A DNA stretch of 64,000 nt from Sedimentisphaerales bacterium (GTDB lineage: Bacteria > Planctomycetota > Phycisphaerae > Sedimentisphaerales > Anaerobacaceae), in NCBI GenBank assembly GCA_963708075.1, contig OY970194.1, positions 5,600,001-5,664,000 of the forward strand, read 5' to 3'. This document shows positions 39,683 through 50,111 of this stretch, in pieces (position 1 is the stretch's first letter; the number at the start of each line of letters is the position of its first letter). A program made the position numbers and the translations under genes. The notes beneath the pieces were generated by a model. That model was not told the origin of the DNA, did not search any database, and saw nothing but the letters and a program-made list of their open reading frames with translations.

Positions 39683-39801
39683 CCGGGCGGACAAGGACCT
39701 CCTCTGAAAATACGCCGGATAGATCTCCGCGTAGGGCGAGCGTCCCCGCTCGCCCAGGGTCGTGCGAGGGTACGTGTTTAGCGTGAAGCCTATCGTTCGC
39801 C

Positions 39802-39894
39802 GGGTGGCACCGCCAAACTCGTTTGACGGTGCTCATTCGACCGAGTCTGGTCAATCGGGACCCCCACGGGCAAACAAGTTTGCCCGTGCCACCC
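39802..39894. repeat. REP-like palindrome, family C (GGGTGGCAC...GTGCCACCC)
   Basis: Double hairpin; an interrupted relative lies at 56662-56911. Confidence 0.8.
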
Positions 39895-40000
39895 AGGACT
39901 GGGCGCATCCAGGCTAAACACGTACGTGCGAGGACGCACGACCTGCGAAGAGCATCGCATCTTCATCCTCTTCGGGTGCAAGGCCCATGGATGGCTCTGC

Positions 40001-42649
40001 TTAGAACAGCCAACTGTATCGCAACCAGATGCTGTGCTGCCGGGCGTCCGGGGAATAGTCCCCATCGTAGGCCAGCGACACGGCATGCCGGGTCCTGGTC
40101 AAGGTCAGAGAGCCCGACAGCGTCATCGCGGTCCGATCCTGTTCGGAGTGGACGAGCACCGGAATCGCCCCATTGATGGATTGCCAGACGCTCGTCTCGG
40201 CATCCGTCAGCAAATGACGAATGCCAACCGACACGGACGGCAAGACACGGATATCGCCGTGCAGGAAGCTGCTTAACCATCGCAGTGCCGCTACGGCTTG
40301 GACGTTGTGGTCGTCCGTGGCCGAGTAAGTGGTGTCCCAACTCGGATCGGTCGCCTCGGTGGTATATCGCTCGCGGTGGGCCCAGAGCCAGTCCAGCCCC
40401 GCCTCCGGGAGGAATACGTGTGCGCCCCGTCGGAAGATGTGCCCCGCCATGAGCGTGGCGGCCGTGCCGTAGCTGTCATAGGAAGCGGTTTCCCGTTCGT
40501 CCAGCGCCAGGCCGGTCAGCCCCTCGTAGTCATGTTGGCCATAGAATCCGGTGAGTCCGTAGCGCAGGGTCCATGGATCCCAGCGCGTCAGGGCACTGAA
40601 GCCGCCGGTCACGACGTCCTGGTCCTCGCTGTTGCCGCTACCGCGGCCGGTGTATTCGATGTCGGATTGCCCATAGCCCAGGTGCAGGCCCAGGAGGGTA
40701 TTCTCGACGTATCGCTCGCATCCTGCAGAGAATCCCCACAGGCTCGCATCAAACCCTAACGGGTTGGCGTCCCTATCGATTCGAGAGTAGTAGGGCTCGA
40801 CGAATACGCCGGAGGTCTTGCCGGGAGCCGCCTCCGCCAGGACCAGACTCTCAGCCGTCGAGCCGGCGTCGGCCAACAGGCCGGACGAGGGTGGAAAGAG
40901 AACGTTTTGCAGCAGGGTGGTTGTCATGTGGCGGTTGACGACCTCGCCGGCCTGAGAGATCACCTGCTTCGCCACCTCTATCGAAGCCAAAGTCGGCGAG
41001 GCGAGGGGGGTGTAGGCCAGCGCGACCGTGTCATCTGCGCTGCCGGCGGTACCTTGGTCATAGTAAGTGACGGTGGTATTGGGATTGGCGGCCTGCGCGT
41101 CGGCGAAATTGCCGTCCACGGCGCCGGTGCCCTCGGCTTCGAAGAGCTTGTATTCCGTGCTCCAAAGGGTCTGGCCCGAGACCGCAGTGACAGTCAACGT
41201 CGCGTCATTGAGAGCCAGCGTCGCTCCATCGGCGACGCCGAACGAGCCTCGGTTCGGGTCCCCGTCGAGGGCGACATTGTAGATGTCAACAAGGGTCGTC
41301 GTTCCGGAGGCGACGTAGACCTCGTAGGCCGTATCGGCGGCGGCGCGGATGATGCCGGTATTCGTGAGGCGCCCGCCGGAGTTCATGAAGATGCCGTAGG
41401 CGTGGGAGTCAAACCCCTCCTGGGCTGCGCCCGTGACAGTGACGGCGCCGCTGTTGTTCACATCTCCGTCGGTGGCGATGCCATAGGCCTCGGCGTCGGC
41501 TTGGGCATCAGCCGCGGCGGCTATCCCCCCGACGGCCGTGACGGAGATCGCGCCCGTGTTGTTCACATCTTCACCTGTCGCGATCCCCTCCGCGTAGCTG
41601 TGAGCGTCAGCGAAGTCGTCGGCGCCGGCGGTCCCGCCTATGGCGATGATGGTGAGATCGCCGCGATTATTCACAGCTCCGAAGGCCCTGATGCCGAAGG
41701 CTGCGCCGTCGGCGTCGGCGGTGTCGTTGGCGTCGGCGGTTCCGCCTGTGGCGATGGCCAGGATATTACCGCTATTGTTCACACTCCCTTGCGCGGAGAT
41801 GCCATAGGTATAGGCGGCAGTGGAGGCCGTGGCGAAGTCGCCGTCAGACCCTGCCGACCCTCCGGCAGCCATAATGCGGAGTGTCCCCGTATTGGTGACG
41901 TCCTTCTCCGTGAAGAAACCCGTGGCATTACTGTAGGCGAAGGCGTCATTGGCGGCATTGGCGGTCCCGCCCGTGACGGCGATCGTGATATCTCCGGCGT
42001 TGTAGAGGTCTTCCCCGGCATAGATGCCAAGGGCGTCCCAAATGTCGGCGTACGCGCTGCCGTCGCTGGAATCGGCGGTTCCGGCGGTCGCGGTGATTGT
42101 GATGTTCCCTGTGTTGTGGACACCCGCCCAGGCATAGATGCCCCCTGGGAACTGGATGTTTGCATTAGCGCCGCTACTGCTGCTGTCGGCCGCCGTCCCG
42201 CCCGTGGCGGTGATTGTGATATCCCCGGCGTTGTTGGCGTCTCCAAAGGCGAAAATACCAAGGGCATCCCAAACGTAGGCGCGGGCGGAGCCGGCATCAG
42301 TGGCGGCATTGCCTCCGGTGGCATTGACGCCAATCGAACCGGTGTTGATCAGGTTTGGCTCGCTGGAGAGGCCGTAGGCGCTGAACGCGACGTTGGCATA
42401 CAGGCTGGGGTCGGTTTCGCCCCAAGCCTGGACGGAGATGTTCTCTTCGTTAAGATAAGGGGGCTCCGCCATCAATACATCAACCCCGGAGACGCTGACG
42501 TCATCGTGCAGCCCGGTTTCATTGACATCGATCTGTGCCCCCGCGACCGCCCACATCGACTCCAGGATCGCCATCGCTGCCAGAATCTGTCCCAGTCCCC
42601 CACTCCGCCCCGCCGATCGACCCATCGTGCCGACGCCGTGCACCATCAT
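40001..42649 (-). CDS. Autotransporter-like protein (repetitive passenger plus C-terminal beta-barrel)
   Basis: Signal peptide; ~40-aa Ala/Gly/Thr repeats 'A.GI...VNN.G.I...A.GGTA'; amphipathic C-terminal domain ending 'LRYSWLF'. Confidence 0.75.
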   Translation of the reverse strand: MMVHGVGTMGRSAGRSGGLGQILAAMAILESMWAVAGAQIDVNETGLHDDVSVSGVDVLMAEPPYLNEENISVQAWGETDPSLYANVAFSAYGLSSEPNLINTGSIGVNATGGNAATDAGSARAYVWDALGIFAFGDANNAGDITITATGGTAADSSSSGANANIQFPGGIYAWAGVHNTGNITITATAGTADSSDGSAYADIWDALGIYAGEDLYNAGDITIAVTGGTANAANDAFAYSNATGFFTEKDVTNTGTLRIMAAGGSAGSDGDFATASTAAYTYGISAQGSVNNSGNILAIATGGTADANDTADADGAAFGIRAFGAVNNRGDLTIIAIGGTAGADDFADAHSYAEGIATGEDVNNTGAISVTAVGGIAAAADAQADAEAYGIATDGDVNNSGAVTVTGAAQEGFDSHAYGIFMNSGGRLTNTGIIRAAADTAYEVYVASGTTTLVDIYNVALDGDPNRGSFGVADGATLALNDATLTVTAVSGQTLWSTEYKLFEAEGTGAVDGNFADAQAANPNTTVTYYDQGTAGSADDTVALAYTPLASPTLASIEVAKQVISQAGEVVNRHMTTTLLQNVLFPPSSGLLADAGSTAESLVLAEAAPGKTSGVFVEPYYSRIDRDANPLGFDASLWGFSAGCERYVENTLLGLHLGYGQSDIEYTGRGSGNSEDQDVVTGGFSALTRWDPWTLRYGLTGFYGQHDYEGLTGLALDERETASYDSYGTAATLMAGHIFRRGAHVFLPEAGLDWLWAHRERYTTEATDPSWDTTYSATDDHNVQAVAALRWLSSFLHGDIRVLPSVSVGIRHLLTDAETSVWQSINGAIPVLVHSEQDRTAMTLSGSLTLTRTRHAVSLAYDGDYSPDARQHSIWLRYSWLF

Positions 42650-43352
42650 GTCCCTCTCTGCCCAAAGCCATTCATATATCTGAGGAGGAAATGGGACAGT
42701 GACTCACCCATTCCCGCTCTACTCAGGATTGCGCGACATTGTAGTCCAAAGCCTGGCAGTGGTTGTACCTTCATTTCCATTCGCCACGTCCGGCAAATGA
42801 CTCATAGTGAATCCCCGATCCTCTTCCCTTCATCTCACAGGGCACAAGGGCCGCCAAGTCCTGGTCCCATCATAGGGACAATCTTGCAGACAGTCAATTG
42901 CGAATGAGGTGAAGCAGGGGGGATACGTCGAGGAGCTTCTCAGCACCCTGCCTCGGCCGCCGGAGACCACCAAAGCAGGCGAGCAAATCCGCGCCTGCAT
43001 AGCGGCCAAACTGAACCACGCCCCGCAGCCTAAGCTGCCATCCGAGGTATGACCATCACCGCCTTTCGCAATCGCCGCGACCGCGGTGACGTGCATCGCC
43101 CATTTCTGCGGGACAGCCGCCCATCCTCGACCGGATCGGGAGTACGGCCAGAAACTGGGCCGCCATGCTCGGGCCATCCCGGGGTTGGCACGAACTCAGT
43201 GACTGAGTGCAAGGCCCGGATTTCTGGTTGCATTCGGGTCGATGGCTGATAGAATGGTAGAACCAGTGGGCGTGACGGACCGCACCTGGAGGCTAGTGAC
43301 TTTCATGGGATGGAGAATACAGACACGGACTTTTGACTTGGAGGTAAGTATC

Positions 43353-44045
43353 ATGAAGCGCGCATGTCTCACCGTCATTCTGGGGTTGTTCCTTGCCAGC
43401 CCTGTCCTGGGGCTCACCTACCTGGGCTCGCCGACGACGATCCTGAAGACCGGCGAATGGGCCGCTGGGGCGAGTTACGCCCAGAGCGAGCAGGACCTGA
43501 ACCTGAGTAAGGGAGCTGAGATGCCGGAGTTGGAAGAGGAATCCGTGCTTGGACGCGTGGCGGTGGGAATCGCCGATGAGCGGATGGAAATCTTCGGCCT
43601 GTTCGGCATCGTCGATCTGGAGCACGACCCCGCCGAGACGAATGGCGAATTCCTTATGGGCTTCGGTACTCGCATCACGACGAACCTGGGCGGCGATCTG
43701 GACTGGGGCGTTGTCGGGCAATTCACGTACCTCACAAGGGAGGACCAGAGCGTCATCAACGGCGTGTGGACACCGTTTGAGATGGATCTCATCGACGTCC
43801 AGATCGGCATGGGCCCCTGCTGGCGGCCGGGACCGTTCATCCTCTATGGCGGCCCCATGCTCCAGTTCATCGAGGGCGAGCTCGAAACGGACAACTTTGG
43901 GGATCTCGACGTCAACGAGGAATCCTGGTTCGGCGGCTACATTGGCGGCGGAATCGAGCTTGCCGAGCACCTGGGCCTTACCGGGGAAGTTCAGGGCACA
44001 GGAGACGCCTGGGCGCTGGCGGCCTCGCTGATGTGGAGATTCTGA
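43353..44045 (+). CDS. Outer-membrane beta-barrel protein
   Basis: GGAGG RBS, signal peptide, alternating beta-strands, C-terminal 'LMWRF'. Confidence 0.7.
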   Translation: MKRACLTVILGLFLASPVLGLTYLGSPTTILKTGEWAAGASYAQSEQDLNLSKGAEMPELEEESVLGRVAVGIADERMEIFGLFGIVDLEHDPAETNGEFLMGFGTRITTNLGGDLDWGVVGQFTYLTREDQSVINGVWTPFEMDLIDVQIGMGPCWRPGPFILYGGPMLQFIEGELETDNFGDLDVNEESWFGGYIGGGIELAEHLGLTGEVQGTGDAWALAASLMWRF

Positions 44046-44235
44046 GTCCTGGCGTTGACAGAGTCCGGCGGGTCCCGGGGACACCACAGGGAACCGGGCA
44101 GTGGGCGACATTCTCCTGACGCATCCAGCACCTGCGTACATTCAGGCGGCGGGGGTGGTCTGTTTGGATTGACGGGATGGGGGGATGACCTTAGCATAGA
44201 GGAAGCTCAATCAACCAGGCATGGAAAGGAATCTG

Positions 44236-45135
44236 ATGGAAACGATCCTGCAGACGCAGATAGCAGGTATAGAGCCGAGCCGCGGCAAAGTCCGCGATAT
44301 TTATGACTTGGGCGACAAGCTGCTGATCGTGGCTACCGACCGCCTCAGCGCGTTCGACGTCGTGATGACCACCCCGATTCCCTGCAAGGGAGCCGTCCTG
44401 ACACAGATCTCGAAGTTCTGGTTCGAATTCCTCAGTGGCACGGTCGAGCACCACCTGATCTCGGACAAAGTCTCGGATTTCCCCAAGCCGTTTCCGAAGT
44501 ATGCGAAGCAACTCGAAGGCCGCAGCATGCTGGTCCGCAAGGTTGAGGTGCTGCCTATCGAGTGCGTGGTTCGCGGCTACCTGGCCGGCTCCGGATGGAA
44601 GGAGTACCAGGAGAGCGGCACGGTCTGCGGCGTGAAGCTGCCGGCGGGGCTTAAGCAGTGCCAGAAACTGCCCCAGCCGATCTTCACCCCCGCCACGAAG
44701 GCCGAGCGCGGCCTGCACGATGAGAACATCAGCTTCGAGCAGTCTGCCGGGATCGTCGGCAAGGAGCACGCCACATACGTCCGCGATAAGAGTATCGAGA
44801 TCTTCAACAAGGCCGGCAAGTACGCCGAGAGTAAGGGGATCATCCTTGCCGACACGAAATTCGAGTGGGGCCGGACCGCCGACGGCAAGATCATCCTGAT
44901 CGACGAGGTGCTCACGCCCGATTCCTCGCGTTTCTGGCCGGCGGACAAATACGAGCCGGGCCGGGACCAGGAGAGCTTCGACAAGCAGTTCGTGCGAAAC
45001 TGGCTTGAAAGCATCCACTTCAACAAGTCCGGCCCCGGCGTCGAGCTGCCGCCCGATATCGTCGAAAAGACCAGCCAAAAGTACATCGAAGCCTACGAGC
45101 GCCTCACCGGCAAACCCTTCGCCTGGAAAGCATAG
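44236..45135 (+). CDS. purC: Phosphoribosylaminoimidazole-succinocarboxamide (SAICAR) synthase
   Basis: 'RGKVRDIY','ATDRLSAFD','[12 protein letters not shown]','ADTKFE','[12 protein letters not shown]','SFDKQFVR'. Confidence 0.97.
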   Translation: METILQTQIAGIEPSRGKVRDIYDLGDKLLIVATDRLSAFDVVMTTPIPCKGAVLTQISKFWFEFLSGTVEHHLISDKVSDFPKPFPKYAKQLEGRSMLVRKVEVLPIECVVRGYLAGSGWKEYQESGTVCGVKLPAGLKQCQKLPQPIFTPATKAERGLHDENISFEQSAGIVGKEHATYVRDKSIEIFNKAGKYAESKGIILADTKFEWGRTADGKIILIDEVLTPDSSRFWPADKYEPGRDQESFDKQFVRNWLESIHFNKSGPGVELPPDIVEKTSQKYIEAYERLTGKPFAWKA

Positions 45136-45421
45136 ACGGAGTTGCATGATTGCGTCGTCGCCGTTCCCCGTTTCGAGGCGACCCCACGCGTGTCATTCCC
45201 GTGCCGCCGGAAGGCTACGCGGCGCGGCTGTCAGAGCCCGGTCGGAATAGTCTCAGCGTTGGGCTCTTCTTCGTTTGAGCCTGCGGAGGAATTTGAGGTC
45301 TTCCTTGTCTTTGGGGCGGCCGGCGGCTTGCTTCATTTGGATCAGATCGTCAAGCGAGGCAAATCAGACGAATGGTCGGCATCTGCTTGCGTAACCGCCT
45401 GGCCGATGGTATACTCATGGC

Positions 45422-45607
45422 ATGACGAGCAAAGACATGGCCATCAAGACAATCCAGGAACTCCCGGACTCGGCGACCTGGGAAGAGATTGAGGAGCGCG
45501 TCCGCTTCCTGGCCGGGATTGACAAGGGCCTTGCGGATATCAGGGCTGGCAAGGTCGTTCCCCACGAAGAGGTCAAGGAAAGCCTCAAGAAATGGCTTAC
45601 CAAATAG
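45422..45607 (+). CDS. Putative antitoxin
   Basis: 'IQELPDSATWEEI...IDKGLADIRAGKVVPHEEVK'; overlaps the toxin start. Confidence 0.8.
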   Translation: MTSKDMAIKTIQELPDSATWEEIEERVRFLAGIDKGLADIRAGKVVPHEEVKESLKKWLTK

Positions 45608-45891
45608 TCTGGTCTCAGACGGCTGTTGAGGACCTCAAGCAGATCGTTCAGTTCATCGGCTTGGACGACGCCGGTGCTGCCGCCGGTCTCGCGGATCGCA
45701 TCCTCAACCGCATCGAACAAGCAGCCGAGTTTCCCTTCTCCAACCGAGCCGTTCCTGAGAAAGGGGAGGATTCCATACGAGAGATCATCTTGCGGCCGTA
45801 TCGGATCATCTACCAGGTAGATGACCGGCGAAATGCCATCCACATTCTCAGAGTCTGGCACGCTGCGCGCGGCGTCCCCGATCTCGAATGA
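45592..45891 (+). CDS. RelE/ParE family toxin
   Basis: 'IVWSQTAVEDL..I..FI..D','FP...R.VPE','REII..PYRIIY','ILRVWH.AR'. Confidence 0.9.
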   Translation: MAYQIVWSQTAVEDLKQIVQFIGLDDAGAAAGLADRILNRIEQAAEFPFSNRAVPEKGEDSIREIILRPYRIIYQVDDRRNAIHILRVWHAARGVPDLE

Positions 45892-45902
45892 CGAACCGGA
45901 CC

Positions 45903-46085
45903 TTATGCTCTTTTAATGATTTGAGTAGTCCTTCGACTTCCATGTCGTTTGCGCAGGCGGGCCATCTCGCGGCTCTTGCGGAGCATCATCTCAAATCGTT
46001 GCTGCGTGGTCAGAGTCGCCAGGTAGTCCAATTCGAACTCGATTTCTGCACGTTCATTGTCAGTTCGTGTTTTCAACACAGCCAT
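45903..46085 (-). CDS. Small hypothetical protein (antitoxin-like)
   Basis: 60 aa 'EIEFELDYLATLTTQQRFEMM...IIKRA'. Confidence 0.5.
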   Translation of the reverse strand: MAVLKTRTDNERAEIEFELDYLATLTTQQRFEMMLRKSREMARLRKRHGSRRTTQIIKRA

Positions 46086-46186
46086 TGAATTCGCCCTAAT
46101 CGGCTCAAGCACGTGACCAGCAATCGTCAATCCTATTCTATCACGTTCAACTCACTCAGGCACGATGAATCCCGGGGATCGCTCAC

Positions 46187-48433
46187 TCATTTGACGGTGA
46201 ATTCGACGAGGTAATAAGGAGTCTCGTCACGGGCGGTGTCGAGAATGATGGCGCCGTTTGTGGCGGGGAGCGTTCTGGTTGTTCGCAGGCCGTCATGAGT
46301 CAGCAGGTACACCTTTAGATCGCCGGATTTGCGGATTGTGATGGTCGCCTTTACGGGCTCCATCAGGATGGGCGGCTTGCCGCGGTCGAGCAGGCCGTCG
46401 CCGGCGTCGTTGAACTGCATGCCGCTGTTGCGGGCGCGGGCGATGGCGGTGATCAACAGCTTGGCGGACGTGTCGATGGTCTTGTCGGACTCGCGGGCCG
46501 TCACATAGATCGCCGCGAAGGGACATTCGGGTGTGATCGTCACCTTGCCGAGTTGGATCTGTCGGCCTTCGGCGAAACCGACCACGGCTTTCGTGCCGGG
46601 CGTATCGATGGCGAAATGGCCGCCCAGCTTCTCCTCGCTTGCTTCTTTCCATTGGAGCTGGCGCGTGGATGAGGTAACAAAACCATCCTTCGCAAACGGG
46701 GTGAGATCAAAGGCGGGCGTGTCGCGGTACTGGTCGGTGAACTCGATCGCGCAGCGGGCGACGGCCAGCGCGCGGGCAGGGACCTTGTCGGTGTCGAAGC
46801 TCTTGACATCGTACTCTTGCATGGTCCGGTCGGTGAAGCCGAGTTTGTTTTGAGCCAGCGACGGCATGTGCACGTACAGCGGGGCGAGGAGCTCGGATTC
46901 CTTGACATCGCCTCGCAGGACCTGCCGGGCGACAGCGGGGAAGATGCCGAGCACTTGCGGAGCGGTCGCGTCCCACTGGTCCCGGCCGATGCGGTCGCTG
47001 AACGTCCCGGCGTCGCGGTTCTGGAACATATAGGAGACGTCCCAGCCCTGCAGGCCGTAGCCGTACGCCCCGAGGATCGCGGGACCTTCCACGCCCCATT
47101 CGCTCGGGAACACGTGAATCCACTCCGAGAGCATGAAGGGCCGGTCGCTCGCCTGCTGCAGGCCGACGCTGAGCGTGCCGGAGCCGGCGGTGTGCAGCAT
47201 GGTGGCGTTGTTGAACTTCGCGCCGGCCTTGGCGCTGCCGCCGCCGAAGTAGTTGTGCCGGTCGATGGTCCCGACGCGCCAGTCGGAGTGCAGGTTGTAG
47301 TAGTGGCTGATCGCCCGGCCCGCCTGCCAGTTCGAGCCGAGAACTTCGCCCTGGTAGCCGACGCCGCGCATCGCCTGCACGTAGCGGTCGTAGAACCCGC
47401 ACTGGAGCTCGTAGAGGAACTGCATCGTGTCCAGCAGCCGCTGCTTGCGGAAGGCCTGCGAGCCATTCAGTTGGTCCGGGTCCCAGTACCAGGGGTTGCC
47501 GATGGGCAGGATGTTGCGCTTGTCCAGATGCTCGCCGACGGCCGGAAAGCCCTCGTTCGCAAAGCCATCGAAGGCTTTGTCTCCCCAGGCCGCCACGAGC
47601 TTCTCGTGACCGCCGTACTTGGCGCGGAGCCAGTCGGAGAAATGCTCGGCCGTCATCTGTCGCAGCGTGGCGCTGGCCTTGAGCGGCGCCGTGGAGGAGT
47701 AGAAGAGGATGCTTTGCTCGTTGATGATCTCGATGAACGCGACGGCCGGGTCTTCGGCGTAAGTCAGGCCTGTATAGGGGTTCTTATGCCGGAGCAGATT
47801 GACCGTCTGGAGGATTTGCACATCCTGCAGTTGCGGCGAGTAGTGGAGGGCACTGTGCGGCGTCGTCACGCGGTCCTCAGCACCCGTGAATTTGCCGAAC
47901 TCCTCCAGGTAGGGGACGAGCCGGCGGTCGGCGGGGCCGAGCTTCAACGCGCCGAAGTGGGCCGACAGCAACACGTAGATGCCGGCCTCCTTGAATTTGG
48001 CCACCTGATAATCCATTCGGTCGAGGGCCGCGGGGTCGAACTGCACGCAGCTATCCGTCGACTGGATGCCTGCCCAGCCGGGACCATCGATGTACTTGTG
48101 CAGGCGGACGGAGTTGATGCCGTACTTGGTGTAGAACGCCGCTCGCTTGTCGGCCAGCGCTTTCTCTGGGGAACACGCGCCGTAGCACAGGTTGATGCCC
48201 CAGAGCTTGACAGGCTTGGCGTTGTAGAGGAGCTTGTCCCCCTCGCGACTGATGCGGCCGTGCTTGCCCGCCGGCGTCTCGAACCAATCCTGCATCCCGA
48301 TCTCGCCCGGCGCGGCCGTGCTGTTCGGCTCAAACACGTACCACGAGGACATGTCCGTCGCCCCCGCGACCAGGCCCGTCGCCGTCAGAAGGGTGATTAT
48401 AGCGCAGACTCCGACACATGAACGAAATGTCAT
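46187..48433 (-). CDS. Secreted GH5-like glycoside hydrolase-fold protein
   Basis: Signal peptide; 'KLWGIN','GINSVRLH','NPYTGLTYAEDPAVAFIEIINE','RPFMLSEW'. Confidence 0.7.
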   Translation of the reverse strand: MTFRSCVGVCAIITLLTATGLVAGATDMSSWYVFEPNSTAAPGEIGMQDWFETPAGKHGRISREGDKLLYNAKPVKLWGINLCYGACSPEKALADKRAAFYTKYGINSVRLHKYIDGPGWAGIQSTDSCVQFDPAALDRMDYQVAKFKEAGIYVLLSAHFGALKLGPADRRLVPYLEEFGKFTGAEDRVTTPHSALHYSPQLQDVQILQTVNLLRHKNPYTGLTYAEDPAVAFIEIINEQSILFYSSTAPLKASATLRQMTAEHFSDWLRAKYGGHEKLVAAWGDKAFDGFANEGFPAVGEHLDKRNILPIGNPWYWDPDQLNGSQAFRKQRLLDTMQFLYELQCGFYDRYVQAMRGVGYQGEVLGSNWQAGRAISHYYNLHSDWRVGTIDRHNYFGGGSAKAGAKFNNATMLHTAGSGTLSVGLQQASDRPFMLSEWIHVFPSEWGVEGPAILGAYGYGLQGWDVSYMFQNRDAGTFSDRIGRDQWDATAPQVLGIFPAVARQVLRGDVKESELLAPLYVHMPSLAQNKLGFTDRTMQEYDVKSFDTDKVPARALAVARCAIEFTDQYRDTPAFDLTPFAKDGFVTSSTRQLQWKEASEEKLGGHFAIDTPGTKAVVGFAEGRQIQLGKVTITPECPFAAIYVTARESDKTIDTSAKLLITAIARARNSGMQFNDAGDGLLDRGKPPILMEPVKATITIRKSGDLKVYLLTHDGLRTTRTLPATNGAIILDTARDETPYYLVEFTVK

Positions 48434-48465
48434 CTTCGACTCCTTGTTCCTGTTGCTGTAGGTCC

Positions 48466-49443
48466 TTATGCGCGCCAGGTGCGGTTGCGGGTCTTCAGCT
48501 CGTCGAGCGTCTTCCTGGCGATGATCGCGTCCTCGGCGACCTGGAAGTCGAACATGCCGACGCAGACGAAGTCGGCGCCGCCTTCGAAGGCGTATTTGAA
48601 TCCGCTGCTGGGGTGAATGGCGCCGGCGGCGAGGACCTTGAACGCGATCCAGGGCTTCTTGACCGCCTTCATGACCTCGATGGTCTTCTCGGGGTTCTTG
48701 TCCCAGTAATTATCCGTTTTACTGTCCACGACGTCGTCATTCTGATCGGGCCGGCGGGTGGACCAGTAGTTCGTATGATGCAACGTCTTGACGTAGAAGT
48801 CCGGGTCGAATCCGCGGGCCTCGGAGTTCTCGATCACATCGATCATGTGGGCCCCGAGCCCGCCCGGGATGCCCTGTGCCTTGATGAATTCGACGCATTC
48901 GCCAAGCTGGTCCACGTGACCGGCCTTGAGCCAGCGGTCGCCGATGACGCCCTGGAGATAGACAGCCGAGGCGCCCCAGTCGATGGAGGCCTTGATGTTC
49001 GTGTGGAGGTCTTCCGGCGTGGGGTGTCCCTCCGCGATCCATTGGATCTTGCCGCCTCGGTTCCAGTGCTTCTTGAAGATCTCCATGGGCTTCTTGCGGG
49101 GGTCGGCGATGATCGTGTTGACGCCGTTCTCTTCCAGCAGGGCCAGGGTTTCGAGGACCTTCTCGGGCGTGTTGTAGTTGTCCATCAGATTATGCACGTA
49201 GGCCAGGTCCCGGGCGTGGGACCAGCCGCTGATCAGGTTGCCGCCGGAGATCAATCGGCTGATCTTGAGGTCCTTGATCTGTCCCATCGGCATGCCCTTG
49301 GCTCCGACCCCGGCGTCGGCGCGTCCCCGGCCCGGCTGGTCCGCGGCACCGGTTGGCTGGGCAAGACCCATTCCCATGGCGGCCCCGGCCGCAGCGGCCA
49401 TTGATCCCTGGAGAAACTCGCGACGATTCACATGCTCTGCCAT
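48466..49443 (-). CDS. Tat-exported aldo/keto-reductase-like protein, paralog of 22868-23854
   Basis: NRREFL; 'ISRLISGGNL...H.RDL.YV','KPWIAFKVLAAGAI','GMFDFQ'. Confidence 0.7.
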   Translation of the reverse strand: MAEHVNRREFLQGSMAAAAGAAMGMGLAQPTGAADQPGRGRADAGVGAKGMPMGQIKDLKISRLISGGNLISGWSHARDLAYVHNLMDNYNTPEKVLETLALLEENGVNTIIADPRKKPMEIFKKHWNRGGKIQWIAEGHPTPEDLHTNIKASIDWGASAVYLQGVIGDRWLKAGHVDQLGECVEFIKAQGIPGGLGAHMIDVIENSEARGFDPDFYVKTLHHTNYWSTRRPDQNDDVVDSKTDNYWDKNPEKTIEVMKAVKKPWIAFKVLAAGAIHPSSGFKYAFEGGADFVCVGMFDFQVAEDAIIARKTLDELKTRNRTWRA

Positions 49444-49763
49444 AGCTTTTACCCTTCCACGCTCTGTGACCCAGATGCCCTCTCCGGTTCTCCACAGGCA
49501 TCTTACAATAACCTGCCCCGCAACGCCAGCGCGAATAGCGGCATTGGTGGCTCTGAACGGATGTCACGGAGAATCGCACGGCAATCGTAACACCAGGCAC
49601 AACCGGCACTTGCGCTCGACACGCGAGCATGGGACGGAGTCAGCGAATCCTCGTAGCCACCGCTGCGGATTGTGGCGAGGTTATGAGACGATTGCGGGAT
49701 TGTTGTGGAGACATGATCGATAGGCTTGGGGGGGGCGTAAGACAAGAGAGTGGCAGTCGGGCC

Positions 49764-50017
49764 GGGTGGCAGCGTCAAGCGCAGCTTGGCGATGGCCTGC
49801 TTGGGCTGCGGTGCAACCGTCGCCAAGGCAGGGCTATCGCATCTAAATTGTTCGACGCTGACTATTGGCGCGGAAACGCGGAAAGCTCGGATCACGGATC
49901 GGCCGGGCCACCGAACTTGTGAGCGTCCGATAGGCGTTTTCGCGGGCAAGAAGCCCGATTCCAATTTAGATGCGTAAGCCCTGGTCGCCAAGGCCTACGG
50001 CCTTGACGCTGCCACCC
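49764..50017. repeat. Family A palindrome expanded by an internal IR-bounded insert
   Basis: Family A ends plus an inner 13-bp IR CGCATCTAAATTG (49838-49850) / CAATTTAGATGCG (49962-49974). Confidence 0.7.
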
Positions 50018-50076
50018 AGGACTTGGTACTTGCTCTGCCACAATCTTGTCGTGCACCCGCTTGGGCCAGAAAACGC

Positions 50077-50105
50077 TTGACTTTCCGGACGAGTAGAGGT
50101 ACACT
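50077..50105 (+). promoter_or_regulatory. Putative sigma70 promoter
   Basis: TTGACT-17 bp-TACACT. Confidence 0.7.
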
Positions 50106-50111
50106 ATAGAC

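Noticed and set aside
40907..48421. Long antisense ORFs (e.g. 40907-42907, 46817-48421; likewise 34020-35498, 36600-37793)
   Set aside because: They are shadow frames opposite well-supported genes, as expected in high-GC DNA.
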